DNA of 63,900 bases, counting the filler, from Choristocarpus tenellus KU-1152 (lineage: Eukaryota; Protista; Phaeophyceae), in NCBI GenBank assembly GCA_964200185.2. It is 13 parts of 13 records of this genome, joined end to end, with 100 filler letters (N's around TTAATTAATTAA, not from the genome) between each part and the next. Parts side by side here need not be neighbours in the genome. Positions count along the whole stretch, not along the records: positions 11,130 to 16,831 come from CAXNAD020009967.1; positions 16,932 to 21,476 come from CAXNAD020014066.1; positions 21,577 to 29,957 come from CAXNAD020004786.1; 10 more parts are not named here. One strand, 5' to 3'. The notes under the pieces were generated by a model that searched no databases, had not been told where the DNA came from, and worked only from the letters and a program-made list of their open reading frames with translations. A program made the translations under genes and the position numbers. Positions 12,404 to 26,052 of the stretch are shown piece after piece; the first letter of the stretch is position 1; each line of letters begins with the position of its first letter.

Positions 12404-13356
12404 TATTACATACATGGGTTTTTCCTCTCCAGATTTGTGAAGTCATTTGTGAAGTCCAGTAACTGCCTCATAAACATCACCTCCTTTGCTATGTCACTCA
12501 GAGCTATATATTCCGCCTCTATCGCCGGCAAAGGCTCCATTTTCTGCATCCTGGAAAACCACGATAATGCTACACCTCCAAAGGTTAGTAGCCCCCCAGA
12601 TACAGACCTCTGCTGGTCCAGATCAAATGTACAGTCTGCATCAGCGAACGCCTTCAGTCCCTTTTCTCCATTCTATTGTACGTGATTCCAATCCCGCTCG
12701 TATTGCCCACATACCCCAAACTCCTTTGTACAGCATCCCAAAGTCCTTGCCCTGGGTTAACACTAAATTTCACCACAGTCATTACCACGTTAGCAATATC
12801 TGGCCTCGTCACGGTCACTAACCAGATTAGTGACCCCACTTCTTCCCTGTATGCAGTACATGGTCCAGGTCCAAATGCGAATCCTTTTTTGGACAGATGT
12901 CTGGTTGTAGATCCCGGCCTGTTGTAATGCTTTATGGTTCCGAAGCGCTCCATCATCCCTTCCATGTATACTTCCCGATCGATCCTCAGCGTCTTCATCT
13001 TCCCATCCCGTATAATATGACATCCCATATGTGCAGCTTTACATCCGCCAAATTCTTCACAGGGAATTCCTTTTTCAGAGCTTCCAACACCGCCCTGCCC
13101 ACCTCTACCGCCTGGCTAGCCATCAACAAATCATCCACATGACCGGTTATCATCAATTGGATCACACTGTTTCCCACCAAACGTAGCAAACGTGGATCAG
13201 CCTAGCACAGCTCAAAACCTAGCCCCTTGAGTGTCCCGACCAGTTTCTCATGACAATTGCCCAATGTCTGAACCAAACTATATAGAGATCTCTTGTTTTC
13301 CAAACCGGTCCTGGTGTGGATAGCTTATCCTCTGGCAGTTCACTTCAATATAGATA

Positions 13357-15349
13357 TTTTACAAGCGATATGTCTTCATGGCGGTTCATACGGGCTGCAG
13401 TGATTTTGTGTCTGCATTTGTGTTGATAGTTGTGAAGTGGAAGAGTCTTGCTATGACACTCCCTATTTCCTTCTATTTCGAGACATTTGTCTATATTTGT
13501 TTGTATGTTCTTAGTTCCTAGGGAGAGCAAGCCTTTCCATGGCATCAACCTATATTTGTTTGTGACGGTGAGACAACATTCTCTCTTGGTGTCCTGTAGT
13601 TATTTTTGTCTATAGTTCTGAAGGGGGAAAGTCTATGGCAGTACCCTATTTCAGTGCTATTGTGGTTTTATGCTTGTATTGATTTGTGTTGAATAGTTGT
13701 GAAGGAGGAGAGTCTTAGTGTGATACTCCCTATTTTAATTTTATTGTAAGACAATTGTCTCTGTTTATTATGTTTCATAGTTCTAGGGAGGGTAAGCCTT
13801 TCCATGGCAGCACCCTATCCCTTTGACAGTGAGATGTTGTCTTTGTGTCCTGTAGCTGTTTGTGTTTATAGTTCTGAAGGGGAGAGTGTATGGCAGTACC
13901 CTAGTTCAGTGCTATACTATGATTTTGTATCTATATTTGTATTGATAGTTTTGAAGGAGTGGAGTCTTTCTATGACACCACCCTACTATTTTGTGATTTG
14001 TTTACATATTCGTAATCCTCGAGGAAGGAGTGTTACAGGCACGCTCTAGAAGCTTACCTCCACCAGATATGTAGCTCTCATCCACAGACCCATAGATGAC
14101 GCCAACGTTCGTACAGAGCTCCCAGGATGCTCCACAGGATGTGTAGCTCCAATCCACAGGCCTATAGATGACGTTGATGGTCGTACAAGGCTCCCAGGAA
14201 ACTCCGACAACCAAAGGGGTCCAATCCACAGGTTAACGAACGTCAGCTCAGCAGAACAGGGGTACTACCAATGAATCAATCAGCATAAGAAATGTTTATT
14301 GGTATCAATAAGAGAGCTTTAAGTGGGTATCTAGAGCCAAACTGAGCCACTTGGAGCCGTTTTTAGGATCTCTTATCATCATTTACGGCTGGGGCTTCTT
14401 TGGTTTATAGACATTGGAATATATCTGAGAACCCTTGCGACCTTTCCATCTGGGAACCCTTGCGACTTTCCCGAGGTACAGATTTATTCTGCAACTTTTT
14501 AGCAAATCGGAGTTCCCCATTTTGGGGTTCCCCACGGGTGTACACTGTTCACACTGGTTGAAGTGCGGGAAGAAATATTCACACTACTCGCCTGTGACAG
14601 GAGAGTCTTTCTCTGGCAGCACCCTCTTTCTCTGTTGATTGCACTACTTTTTCGTCTGTTTTTCTTTGAGTTCCATGGCTTTGAAATGGGGAGTCCTTTA
14701 GATAGTACCCTAGTTTTGACACAAGTACACGAGACTCTGCTGTAGGAGGTCTTCTCATGAACGTTGAGTCAAATGCAGAGTGAGCACTGTGAGGTGTGAG
14801 TGTCACGCTTGCATATCTGTCGGCAGGGCAAACGCTGAAAGGGTTTCTTCCCTCCAGATTTCCTCTTCCGCTGAATCCCCAACACTACCTACTGATATTT
14901 TAGGACCTGGAAGTGACATTCATTAAATTTCTGGTACGTTCACGACATGAGAGGAGTAACATTTGTATCCTTGTCCAATTGCTTTGTTCTTCACATTGAA
15001 GAAATGATGCTTCATGCTAGGGGGGTATGTTACAGGCAATATGTCTCGATGAGGGTTTCATTAACACCACTATGAATGACCTTGAAGTCCTCGATTTTAT
15101 ATATTGGTACTTCATGACTATTTATTTTATTATTTGACCACTATGGTCTTGGATTCAAATAAGGCATCATTGATCAGTTCCTTTCATATGATGATAGTTG
15201 ATACTTATGAAAGGAATACTCCAAGTCAGAGATTCAGCTACTTGACGACTTGTGCATCAGGAGTCCTGGACGTACATCAGCGCCATCTTTAGGCTTGTGG
15301 ACTGGAGGTATATATCTTGTGGAGGTAACCTATGGAGTTTGCTGTAACA
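13357..15349 (-). mobile_element. Composite insertion bounded by family C LTR termini, splitting the copia RT
   Basis: RT reads EDV|YIE across the insertion. Termini TGTTACA...TGTAAAA; near-TSD GATA/GACA. A second family C copy starts at 14031 on the plus strand. Confidence 0.65.
13410..14030. repeat. Diverged tandem repeat, ~260-bp period, ~2.3 copies
   Basis: atagtt(g/t)tgaagg...gagtctt recurs at about 13425, 13692 and 13945; aagcctttccatggca and tagttctgaaggggga each occur twice. Confidence 0.7.
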
Positions 15350-18127
15350 GACATCCTCCTGTACATCTGCCTGCACAAAAACCTGCCCCACATCAGCATG
15401 TATTAGTTCCAGGTCATCGAGCACAGCAATGACCATAACCAAACGTAAAGTGCTGGCTGATGGAGTAGGCACAAACTTCTCCGTAAAGTCTAGCCTGGTT
15501 CCCCATGGCCACCAGACGCGCCTTTTACTCTTCAACCTCCCCTTCTGGGTTGGCCTTTCGTTTGTATACCCATTTTGTTCGCATCATTGTGCGATCCGAA
15601 ACCTCTTTACTTCGTCCCAGACTCCAGTCTCCACCAGTTTTTCCAACTCCTTCACCATGGCATCCTGCCAAAATGGCGCTTCCGGTGACTGTAAAGCGTT
15701 ACAGCAGGATCATGATTCGGGTAGCAGAGCATTAGTCAGCTTGTCGGGGAACTCCATAGGTATCTGAATAGCATCAGGGACCACTTCCTTGACAATCAGG
15801 GCCTTGGCTATAGTAGCCACTAGTGTACCCTCCGAAGTCCCTCAGTCACCTCTTGTGATGGCCCTCTGAAAAACCCTCTTCAAATGCTGAGATTCTGGTG
15901 TGGTCAACTTAGGCATTGACAGGAAATCTGTGAGCTCATGCAGCATTTGACCCTGCGACATACCGTGAGACCCTTTCCCCTGCTGCGCAGATTTGCAAGA
16001 TTTCTCCCTACGTCTATTCTTCTCGCTAACATTCTCTAACTCCTCAAATTATGTCTTGGGCAAATCCAACAACAATCTATGGGTTTGTAGTGTTGTTGCC
16101 ATGTGGGAGAAATATAGTATATCCCGACTTGAGGATGTTGAATAAGTGCTCATGTGGTGATAGTGAAGTAGGGCTGAGTGATATGACATAGGTTCTTTGA
16201 TAGGCTGAAGGGTTGAGGTTTCTCCGCCAGCACTGCCTTGATTTCTACATACTAGTTGAGAAGTACCGGAGAGTCACTTTGAAGGGTCGATACTACACAC
16301 AGATTCCACAGCTATGCACACTGGCATCTTTGGCTTAATATATTTTTTGCACAATCAGGCACAGATCTCCCCTGGCATAGCCCATCCCTTTCACCCAGGC
16401 ACACCCCACCCCTTCATCCCGGTGCAGCTGGAGCGCCTGACTTTGAGCTGGTGGAGCTTCTTCCTTGTCCTTTCCCCAGGCATTGCTCATCCCTTTCCTC
16501 CTGGTATTGCTGGAGCACCTGGTTGCTAACTGGTGGAGTTTCTCGCCTTTCCTCCAGGCACAAACCACCCAGCCCCCCTCCTGTGCGTTTCTTGTAGCGC
16601 TGGTTGAACATGTGGCCATTCAGGCAGATGTTCTCTTTTTCCTCTTTTGCCCCCTGCACGGCCTTCAAGGTTCTACTCAGGCACAACCTCCCAGCTGTTC
16701 CCTTCGTTCTGGGAGTGCTGGAGCACAGTGGGTACTAACTGGTGGAGTTCCCTCTCCTCCTTCCCCCTTGGAATAGCCCCCCCCTGTTACTCCCACTCAA
16801 TTTTGTTCCCTGGTGAGTCAAAGTATCTTAGNNNNNNNNNNNNNNNNNNNNNNNNNNNNNNNNNNNNNNNNNNNNTTAATTAATTAANNNNNNNNNNNNN
16901 NNNNNNNNNNNNNNNNNNNNNNNNNNNNNNNCCAGTGGTGTCTGCATTTCCTAATCTACTCCACCGATGGTGTCTATATTGTACCAGCAGCACTATCTAC
17001 GAACAGAGGATCCCTTCTTCCTTGGAGATGTTCCCATGGTGTTGATTGAGAGTAGCAACCTGCCGAGGACTGGAGGCACGGTCATCTCCTGTGGGTTACC
17101 AGTGTCAAATTGGTCTCTGTGGCCGCTTGGGGAGTTGCGTGGTTAGGTCATATATGCCCCTATTGGTTACCCTGGTGAAACGCTCTGCACTTGATAATAT
17201 GCTATTGTTGGATAGTAAGAGGCACAAAATGAGATATCCAGGAGTCTGAATGCTCTGGTAGGCCCGCAGGAAATTGTGGCTTCCTCTAGGATAGGACTTC
17301 ATCCAGAAGGAGGTCACACACATGCATGAGAGTGTTATCGCATGCTGCGCAGTGCCTGTTGGGGATGACCTGGATAGTGTAAAACCTCAGGCGGTCTAGG
17401 TCATCCCTCTGCATGTTGTCCAAGCTGCGACAATCCCGGATTATTTTGTGGGTAGAGGTCTGGACGAGGGAGGATGGGGGAGGGTCTGTACATCCTGTTC
17501 CTCAACCCCTCAAATTCCTCTACGCCCAGTGCTATTGCTGCCTGCCCCCCTGACGTCCCTCGTGTTGACTGGAACACCGCTGTCTCTCCCACCTCCTCCC
17601 CCCGTTTTGGGGTTTTGTGCCTCCCTTGACCCCTCCCTCCCTCATGTTGTTGCATGCGCTGGGTACACGAGGAGGAGGGGAGGGGAGGGATGGCAGTGTC
17701 TCTATCCCCAGGCAAGGGGAGGGTGACTAGGGAGGAGACTGCTACGGTAATAGTGCGTCATCATATGTGAAAGAGTATGACACATGCACACAATATCAGG
17801 GATAACACGTTGTACTGTGACAACTTCTGAACCGATTTTGAGAAAGGGGGGGAGGGTGTATGAGATGGATGTACGGATAGGGCATAAACCTGATTGAATA
17901 TGTGCTACAGGAGACTTTATCATGATGACTGGTGATATTAAGTAGTTCTGAGTCAAATAAAATGAGAGGTTACCCAGAGTTGCATTCTAAGGATGCTGAA
18001 AAATATGTGTGCATTTTTTTTTTCTAATGTACGTAGGATATTTTCTTAGTTATGTCGGAAAAGTTTCAAACAGTACGGAATTAAACGCTCTGAAGTTAAA
18101 CTTTATGTATAGAACTTATGGGTGAAT

Positions 18128-18386
18128 GAGTCAAAGTATCTTAGAGGGTAGAGCCGCGTCCATTTGGGGGCCAAAATCCAATGTTGCGATATTGATGTGA
18201 TTTTGGCTATTGTGTATGTTAGGAAGTGTCGATATCCTTGTTCCGAACACACCTTTTCATAAAATAAACATTTTACCTACTCCGAAACATTTCGGAGTAT
18301 GAAAAAGACTTGAAAAAAACTGTGGGAAGCCAAGTCCCAAACACCCAAACAGGGCAAGTTTCGTAGGCTCTAAGATACCTTCACTC
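18128..18386. mobile_element. MITE family B
   Basis: Full-length copy with both TIRs. Confidence 0.9.
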
Positions 18387-18753
18387 AAAATTGCAAAATA
18401 TTGCAAAACATACATAAATTGCAAAACGGCCAAACCTGGGTACCTCTCGTTCACTTTGGCTCTCTACGAGAGCAATTCCAACTGAAAAAATTATTCTCGA
18501 GTCGCACACGTTGCATTTAGATATGCTTAGCCATGACATTTCCAACTGCTACCATTGTGTATCATATTTGGTTGCTTTGATGTTGATCATCTGTCCAATC
18601 ATAAACTGGCGATTACCCGCAAGAAGACGTAGTCTTTATGGCCATACTTCCCACCTTTCCATATTTTTTGCCTCATTCTGTGTCCCCCCTCACATTGCCT
18701 GACACTATCACTACGTCTGTCGTCATCATCACTAGCACTGTAGTCATGGTACA

Positions 18754-19012
18754 GAGTCAAAGTATCTTAGAGGGAAGGGAAGCATCCATTTGGGGACCAA
18801 AATCCAATGTTGCGATTTTGATGTAATTTTGACCATCATATTTGCTAGGAAATATCAATATCCTTGTTCCGGACACAACTTTTCATAACGTGTACATTTT
18901 ACCTACTGCAAAATGTTTTTGAGTAGGAAAATGTCATTAAAGAAACATGGGAAACCATGCACCAAAATGGTCAAACAGGTCAAAACTCGTACCCTCTAAG
19001 ATACTTTCACTC
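18754..19012. mobile_element. MITE family B
   Basis: Full-length copy with both TIRs; flanked by taca on both sides. Confidence 0.9.
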
Positions 19013-19694
19013 TACACCTGATGATTGGGGTTTTGTTGTAGTCCCCCTGCATCCCCGTTAGTTACAACATGCTCCAGAAACCTACCTCCATAGGATACAT
19101 ACCTCCCGTCCACAAGCCTATAGATGACGATGGTGCACGTAAAGGACTCCTTACACAAGTCGTCAACTATGGTGTATCTCTCACTTGGATTATTATTCCC
19201 TTCGTAAGTATCGTGAATATCAATAAATAGTGAAAAGCATAAATATATAAAATCTAGGACTTCAAGGTCATGATGGTGTTTATGAAAACGCCATAAAGAC
19301 ATATCACCTGTAATACGTTGTCCTCATCTTAGCATCTTACGTGTAGGTGTTGATGTTGAGGTTAAAGAGGACTGTAACTTTGGGCTTGGGTTTACCGTTT
19401 TGGATGTTCATCGCCTCGTACATGGCTTTAAATTGTTCTACCTCTGAGGCTGGTAGAAATTGGAGGGATGGACATATTACGAAAAATCTAGGAGAACGTA
19501 TTTCTCACCAAGCACAAGTAAGTTTTTATTGTGTCTACGTAACAATGCATTGCCCTTTATTTGGGCAATGCTAGAAGAGCAAATGGCCCCGGGCATTGTC
19601 CTCGACCACTAGTGGTAGGGACAAAATGGGCTCAATTGTTTGCCGAGTGGCAGACGATATAATAAATAAAACTACTTCAAAGTGGTAAAACTTG

Positions 19695-19964
19695 GTGCCA
19701 AAGTATCTATCTTAGAGGGTAGATCCTCGTCCATTTGGTCCATTTGGGGACCAATATCCAATATTGCGATTTTGATGTAGTTTTGCCTATCGTGTTTGTT
19801 AGGAAGTGTCAATATCCTTGTTCCGGACACACCTTTTCATAACGTAATACACTTTACCTACTCGAAATATTTTGGGGTAGGAAAATGTAAAAAAAAAAAA
19901 TGGAAAGTCAAGTCCCAAATGGACAAACAGGGCAAGACTTGTACCCTCTAAGGTACTTCCACTC
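19695..19964. mobile_element. MITE family B
   Basis: Both TIRs, small internal duplications, TSD TTG. Confidence 0.88.
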
Positions 19965-20030
19965 TTGAGGGATTGTGACCAAGTACTCCTTTGATGGATA
20001 CCGCAATGGTCTTGTTCTCATTGTCTGATG

Positions 20031-20574
20031 TGTTACAGCGTGCCCCTCAGAACTCACCTCCACAGGATATGCAACTCAAATCCAACGACCTTAAAACGAT
20101 GCTATGGGAACATTGCCCTTGATAACAGTTTGTAGGGTGTGAGGTATCTTTCATATTCTACTCGGTGCTTAGCTCAAAGCTCCACTCAAATTTTCGTTCA
20201 AGATGAAGAAAGGACTGGTGTGAGGGGTCAAAGTGTTTTCACTAAAAGCCCTCTTAATATTTTCATCATCAACCCAATTTATTTGGTCTTCTATGCAACT
20301 GCTCTATACGTATTCCAATCATAAACCTTCATTCTGCAACTTATTAGGAACTTTGACATTTTTTTTCCGTAATGATAAGTATGCATTCCGAATCTTACTC
20401 TATATCTTCTGTGAAATCAGCATTTATTCTGTAAGGCTACCTATGTGTTACTAATATCGTATATTGTTCACACTTGTTAGAACGCGAGAAACAATGCTCA
20501 CACTATTTTTCTGTCACAAATGTTCCTGTTTGCTAAAGCATGAGAAGAAATGCACACGCTATTCGCCTGTAACA
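20031..20574 (+). mobile_element. Solo LTR (family C) with 4-bp TSD
   Basis: TGTTACAG...CTGTAACA termini, TSD GATG. Homologous to 40848-41343, and to copies starting at 14031, 19061 and 46095. Confidence 0.75.
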
Positions 20575-21183
20575 GATGGTGCTGATGATGCTATGAGAAG
20601 AGCCTTGTTTGTTGAGAAAAGACAAACAGATTTTACTGTGAGGAGAATTTTAATCTTCGAGGAAAGACGAATGATGACGCTCTATTAAGAGGCTTGGTCC
20701 TTGAGGAAGAAGGACAGATAAATTATGCTCCGAGGAGAGCCTTGTTCCATTGGTCTGTTCCGCAACAACCTGGAGTAGGATCTGGAGTAATTGGAGAAGG
20801 TTATGATGATACTCTAAGGCACTGTATCGTGTCTTCTTGTAGCAATACAGAGCGATATGTGGTACTTATGCACCATTTTTTCTCTTCTGAAGCTGATGTG
20901 AGGTGAGGTTTTGGTAGGTGCGTCAAACGATGAGATACCACCACTACTTTACTAACAGGACAACTAAACACTATGTATTTGGCCACAATATGTTTTTCCT
21001 CTTATTCATCAATTTGGATATAATACGTAGTAGAGATCTATATACGTCGTGGATATATTATGCTCACTGATATTTTCCTATCTACATGTTATTATGGAAT
21101 GGATCTCATATATATATTATTGTGCCCACTGACATCTGTCTAGTTGAAATAAATCAAGTTCTTAGCACAAGGTATCAGGGTTC

Positions 21184-21257
21184 GGTCCCGTAGCTCAGCT
21201 GGTTAGAGCGTTGGACTGCTTATCGAGAGGTCGTGAGTTCAATACCCACAGGGGTCG
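21184..21257 (+). pseudogene. tRNA pseudogene or tRNA-derived SINE head (Ile-like body, GCT at the anticodon position)
   Basis: A box TAGCTCAGCTGG and B-box-like GTTCAATACC are present, but the acceptor, anticodon and T stems each have a mismatch and there is no Ser-type long variable arm. T-tract downstream. Confidence 0.7.
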
Positions 21258-21576
21258 TTTGTTTTTCATAATGTAGAATTTTTCCGTGTACCTAAAAACT
21301 TTGAACTCATGTTTGTCTGTTATTATACCGTTATTGCCGTATGACATATACCGTTATACTGTGTTACCGAGTGAGGTTCCCAGTTAAAGTCCGCGGTTTC
21401 ACTGACGGACTTTTTCCGTTAGAACGAAACCATGGAAGTTCTTCATGTGACCAATCCCATAGACTTGGGACAACTTNNNNNNNNNNNNNNNNNNNNNNNN
21501 NNNNNNNNNNNNNNNNNNNNTTAATTAATTAANNNNNNNNNNNNNNNNNNNNNNNNNNNNNNNNNNNNNNNNNNNN

Positions 21577-24500
21577 CAAGATTGAAATCATCCTTTGACA
21601 CCCCTGTCTCCATTACACCCCCAAAGACGTGGGAAGATGTACAGAAGGCCTTGATCAACGTGCTCAATCCTTCCCATGCTGTAAGTGTATCAGCCCATAG
21701 ATTAACATCCTTGAAACAGGAAGAGACTGAGTCTGTCGATATATATACTTTACGTTGCACAACAGCAATGAATCGTTTCTTAGAGGATGTTCGTTGAACA
21801 AAACCACCATCAGATTCGGTTGACACAACAACTTTACAGGTTGAACAACTGAGAATAACCCTGATAGAAGACGGTTTACTCCCTACGATTCGTCTTGAGC
21901 AGATTCGGGAAGAACCTGGCGCCGCGTTTGCCTAGGCTTGTGACCATGCCAAGCGGCATGAGGCCAACAATCTGTCTGATAATAATTTCGCCCCCACAAC
22001 TTACACTAGTGCTGTGACCCACCGCTCTCGTCATGGACAGGTTTATCCTCCAGATATTGTCCAATTACAACTGGAAAATTAATGGCTCTGAACAAAGGTG
22101 GAACGTCACCGAGCGGGGGAGACAAACCTCAACAGGTCCTCTCGGCTCAGACGTTGATACATCCACCTGCAACAGCCCGTTCAGCTTACAGATCACCACG
22201 ACCCGTGGACATTCCACACCATGCAAAGACCTCAGCGACACCTCAATATCATGTTGACCAACACCAAAGTAGTGTGTGCCAGTACCCTGGTTGTCAGGCG
22301 ACAACTCGTGAGGGTCACTCGACCCAGTGTTGCCTAGATAACTTGAATGGTACTTGTTGGCCATACCTGCGTCGTAAAGGAAGAGGTCGTCGTGGAGGTT
22401 GCGTTCGTGAAGATAGACTGTCAGTTTCAGTCCATTATTCCCCTCGTCTCTAGGGGTGCCCAGGTGGATTGGACTCTTGTCCATCTAGGAATGGTCATGG
22501 TGTGTCGTTGACACTATGTACTGGGAGCGGCAAGCAAGCGTCGGAGGTTGATATCGGTCACACCTCTTGCTCCTCAGGCATCGTTTATTGCCTGCACGCG
22601 TGTCACTAAACATTTTTCTTTGCCTTTAGTTCAACCAAACTCGTACTACAATAATGATGAAAAACTTGGTTTACCAGTTCTTTGTGCAGGTACCCATCTA
22701 CGCCCAAACCTTTATCGTTTTCATCACGAAGGGTTCGCGTATCTGGCACCGTTGAAGAATAAGAAGAAAATGACTTAACCATTGAAACAGCAAGCGATCT
22801 ACCATATATTTCAGGAGTATTTGTTCGCAGTCACCCTCAACTGAAACGTTTCAATGTGCATCCTGTTCCACCTGGTGCAATAAATCTTCATATGGCAAAT
22901 GGTTTGCCGTTACATATTCATGAATTTATTCGTTTTGCACTTACATTTGGCGACATCACATTGCCAGTTGAAGCTTTCGTGATTCCCCGACTTGGTCCCG
23001 ATAAAATTCTGGTTGATGATAGTGTTATGCGGGCCTTCGGTGCAATTCTTGATTGGCAAGAACAACGTCTCTCATTCCACAACAGCTTGTGTGCCATTCC
23101 AACAAGACGTCGCACGGCAAGGAGCCCCACACAATAAGTACATAATGCAAGTACCACTCCTTCGTGCTCTGTGGTGAGTGTGCAGCGTGATTTTGACCCT
23201 GTACCCGTTCGTGTACATAGACAGTACAACATACCAGCTGGTCATGAAATCATCATAGGTTGCACAACTGGTGCTAGCCCGTCTCTTGATACTGCTGTTG
23301 TAGTGGACCCAGTCATAATTCTATGCCTGATGTAGATCAAGCCAATGAAGCTACACACCATGGAATCGTATCGTAGTTGCTCGCTCTCTTAATACCTGGT
23401 CGGCAAGTAATAGATGAGTATTGGTTCAAATGGCAAACCCAACTGCACGTGGGGTCCGTATCAAGAAGCATCTTGTGATTGGTCGCTCGTTATAGATCGG
23501 TATTTTCGTTGAATGCAGCAGAACTGGGCAGATATACTCTCTAGCTGAAGCAGAAATTCCCATAGAGTCTGGTACCAAGCCTGTTGAAAGGATCCCCTAC
23601 AGACAGAGCAAACCCCCCTACTCAACAAGTGATTGACTTGTGCATTAACATTATGGAAGAGCAAGGCATCATAAAAATCGCGCCAGCCCTTGGGGTAGTC
23701 CTTTTACCATTGTGACCAAATCTGATGTCTCCTCAAATTTCTCTGTAGACATAGGTCGACTGTTTAGAAACACCTTGTTCGACAGACTTGGCCAATTGAC
23801 CTGATATGGAGTTGCATATTGATACCGTAGGTGGTGCCAAATTCATCACCGTGTTTGTGATATTCATAGTGTTTATTGGCAAATTCCTGTCGCTGCAGTT
23901 GATATTGATAAACCTCTTTTGTCACTTCCAGAGGGAATAAATTATTAAAAGAATGCCCTTTGGGATAGGCAAATGATCTCTGGCAATTTCAAAGAATAAT
24001 GTCGTTGGCCTTTGCAAATATTTTACCGCTTAGTGTTTTGCTAGTTTTACGTGGATTATTTGATTGCTTGTTCTCCCACATGGGAAGGACATCTACCATT
24101 GCTTGAGCAGCAATTCAGAGCTTTAGAAGCAGCAACTTTAACCCAGATACCGTCAAAAATCCAACCTGACCCTAGAGATGCACACTATCTGGTTCACGTT
24201 TTATCGTGTGAAGGGATTCGTATCAGTGAAGATCAGATTCATGCCATCACTGAGTCACCCAAAGCCACTACTATCAAATAACTTCGATCTGTCCTAGGTG
24301 TGGTTAATTTTGTACGTAAATTTATACCCAACCTAGCCATAGTAATCGAACCATTAGTTCGTCTCACTAAAAAGGTGTTAGTAGAAAGTCGATAAAGAAT
24401 GGGAATTGGACCAGGAAGTGGCATTTTTTAAATTAGATCAATTACTCACTTCAGCTCTGGTTCTTGTATCCCCATTCTGAGTATCCTCTGTTTTATACAG

Positions 24501-25385
24501 GATACAAAAGAGACCTACATGCTGGCCACATATACATCTCACCTCGTCTTTAGGCTTTTAATATGCTGATCTCATACTCTTAGACCTCGTAAACTTGATT
24601 TGTATGCTGACCACACACCATCAACTTAGACTAATGTTATCCTGATCAGACATTCATCAATACCTCGTTTATATATTACAGTTCATTTCGTATTAATGTA
24701 GTTGTGTAGTATAATGGTGCAATAGTACACTAAGAATCACACATATTTCCCATTTCGCTCCCAGACCTCACTTTTTGGTTGACCTTGAATCATGTTTACA
24801 TGACTTCAAGGCCGATCAGAAGGGGGGGTGATGTGGAAAGCAGGTTTGTATGTTATTATTATACTGTTATTGCAGTATGCCATATACCATTATACCGATT
24901 GAGGTTCCTTGTCAAGAATCCATTATTCCAGTGGAGGATCTTCCGTTAGAATGTCCATGGAATCTCTTCAAGAGTCCAGTTCCACAGATGTGGGACTGCT
25001 CTTCATTCAGAGTTGTCAAACATGAAAGATTATTATTATACCGTTATACCGTGGTACCGAGTGAGGTTCCCAGTCAAGAGTCCATGATTTCACTGACGGA
25101 CTTTTTCCGTTAGAATGAAACCGTGGAATCTCTTCAAGAGTCCAGTTCCACAGATATGGGACTGCTCTTCATTCAGAGTTGTCAAACATGAAAGATTCAC
25201 TTCGTTCTCACGTGTTGACTTTTTCTGATGATCCTCTCTCACTAGATCCTCAGTCCGTCAGTCATTACAATATTTGTACAAGAAGTCTTGCATTTGTCCG
25301 ACCTTAACCTCGTCTTCTCGGTCACGGTTTGTCTTGGTCTATCTGGTCCGCCTTTCCCTGTGACAACCCCCCCGTCAAACCCCCG
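21577..25385 (+). mobile_element. Degenerate Ty3/gypsy retrotransposon (gag-protease-RT-partial RNase H, PPT, 3' LTR from 24831)
   Basis: Gag-like LTSLKQEETESVDIY; protease-like MANG...DKILVDD; RT SPWGSPFTIVTKSD and YVDYLIACSPTWEGHL; LRSVLGVVNFVRKFIPNLA. PPT agaagggggggtga is followed by TGTGGAAAG. Integrase is not seen. Confidence 0.88.
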
Positions 25386-26052
25386 TGTAGGAAGGGTGCT
25401 CAAGTGTCCCTGAATAGTACACAATTGGCTTTTCATTGTTTTTTCGCGTGACACATTTGGAAGGTGAGAAGCACAATAATATAATACACTGTCAACGGTT
25501 TTCTCTGAGTCATACCAGACCGCCAAGTAAACCAAACCCTGTATATACTTTTATGCCTCTTGGCTTTTTGCAGATGTGACGGGGGATGGGAAAGATCAAA
25601 CCGAAATCAAGATTACAAAACTTCTCGTACGTACAAGAAAAGGGGTTACGTTCGAAACCCTCCTTCTAGAAAACTGAAGTATGCAACAAGGTCTCCTTGA
25701 AGATTGTTCCCCACGAACCGATGTTCATATAACGACGTCTCCAGTCTAACCCTAGGATGGTGGGCGATCAGGAGGGAGGGAAGAATATCAAGAATATGTG
25801 AAGGCTGGCCCTTCGTCCTCATCAAAGGTCTCCAGCTTGTAACGCAAGACAATCCTTAAAGTAGGTACTTCTCCAGTTACTTACACTCTTTTTATCAGTC
25901 TCAAACGGATATTGACATCCCCTGTCCTTGCTGTCCCCCCCCAATCCTGTCCTTGTTACCACATGGGTATCCAACCCTGTTTGAAACGTTTCATATACCA
26001 TTAATATATTATAATACTTAAGAAGTGTTAAATAGTTTCAAATTTGAAGTAT

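Larger units (their letters stand above)
11496..16810 (-). mobile_element. Degenerate Ty1/copia LTR retrotransposon (RT-RNase H and 3' LTR) with nested insertions
   Basis: Minus-strand RT motifs PTPSASTLRLVMVIAV...HADVGQVFVQADVQEDV, GHVDDLLM and VGSLIWLVTVTRPDIA. RNase H motifs EYIALSDIAKEVMF, DVQHHFLRQ and QHTDILSKP. Many stops and frameshifts. Confidence 0.9.

Noticed and set aside
16932-17730. Broken coding-like stretch on the minus strand
   Set aside because: No motif could be assigned; probably transposon debris.
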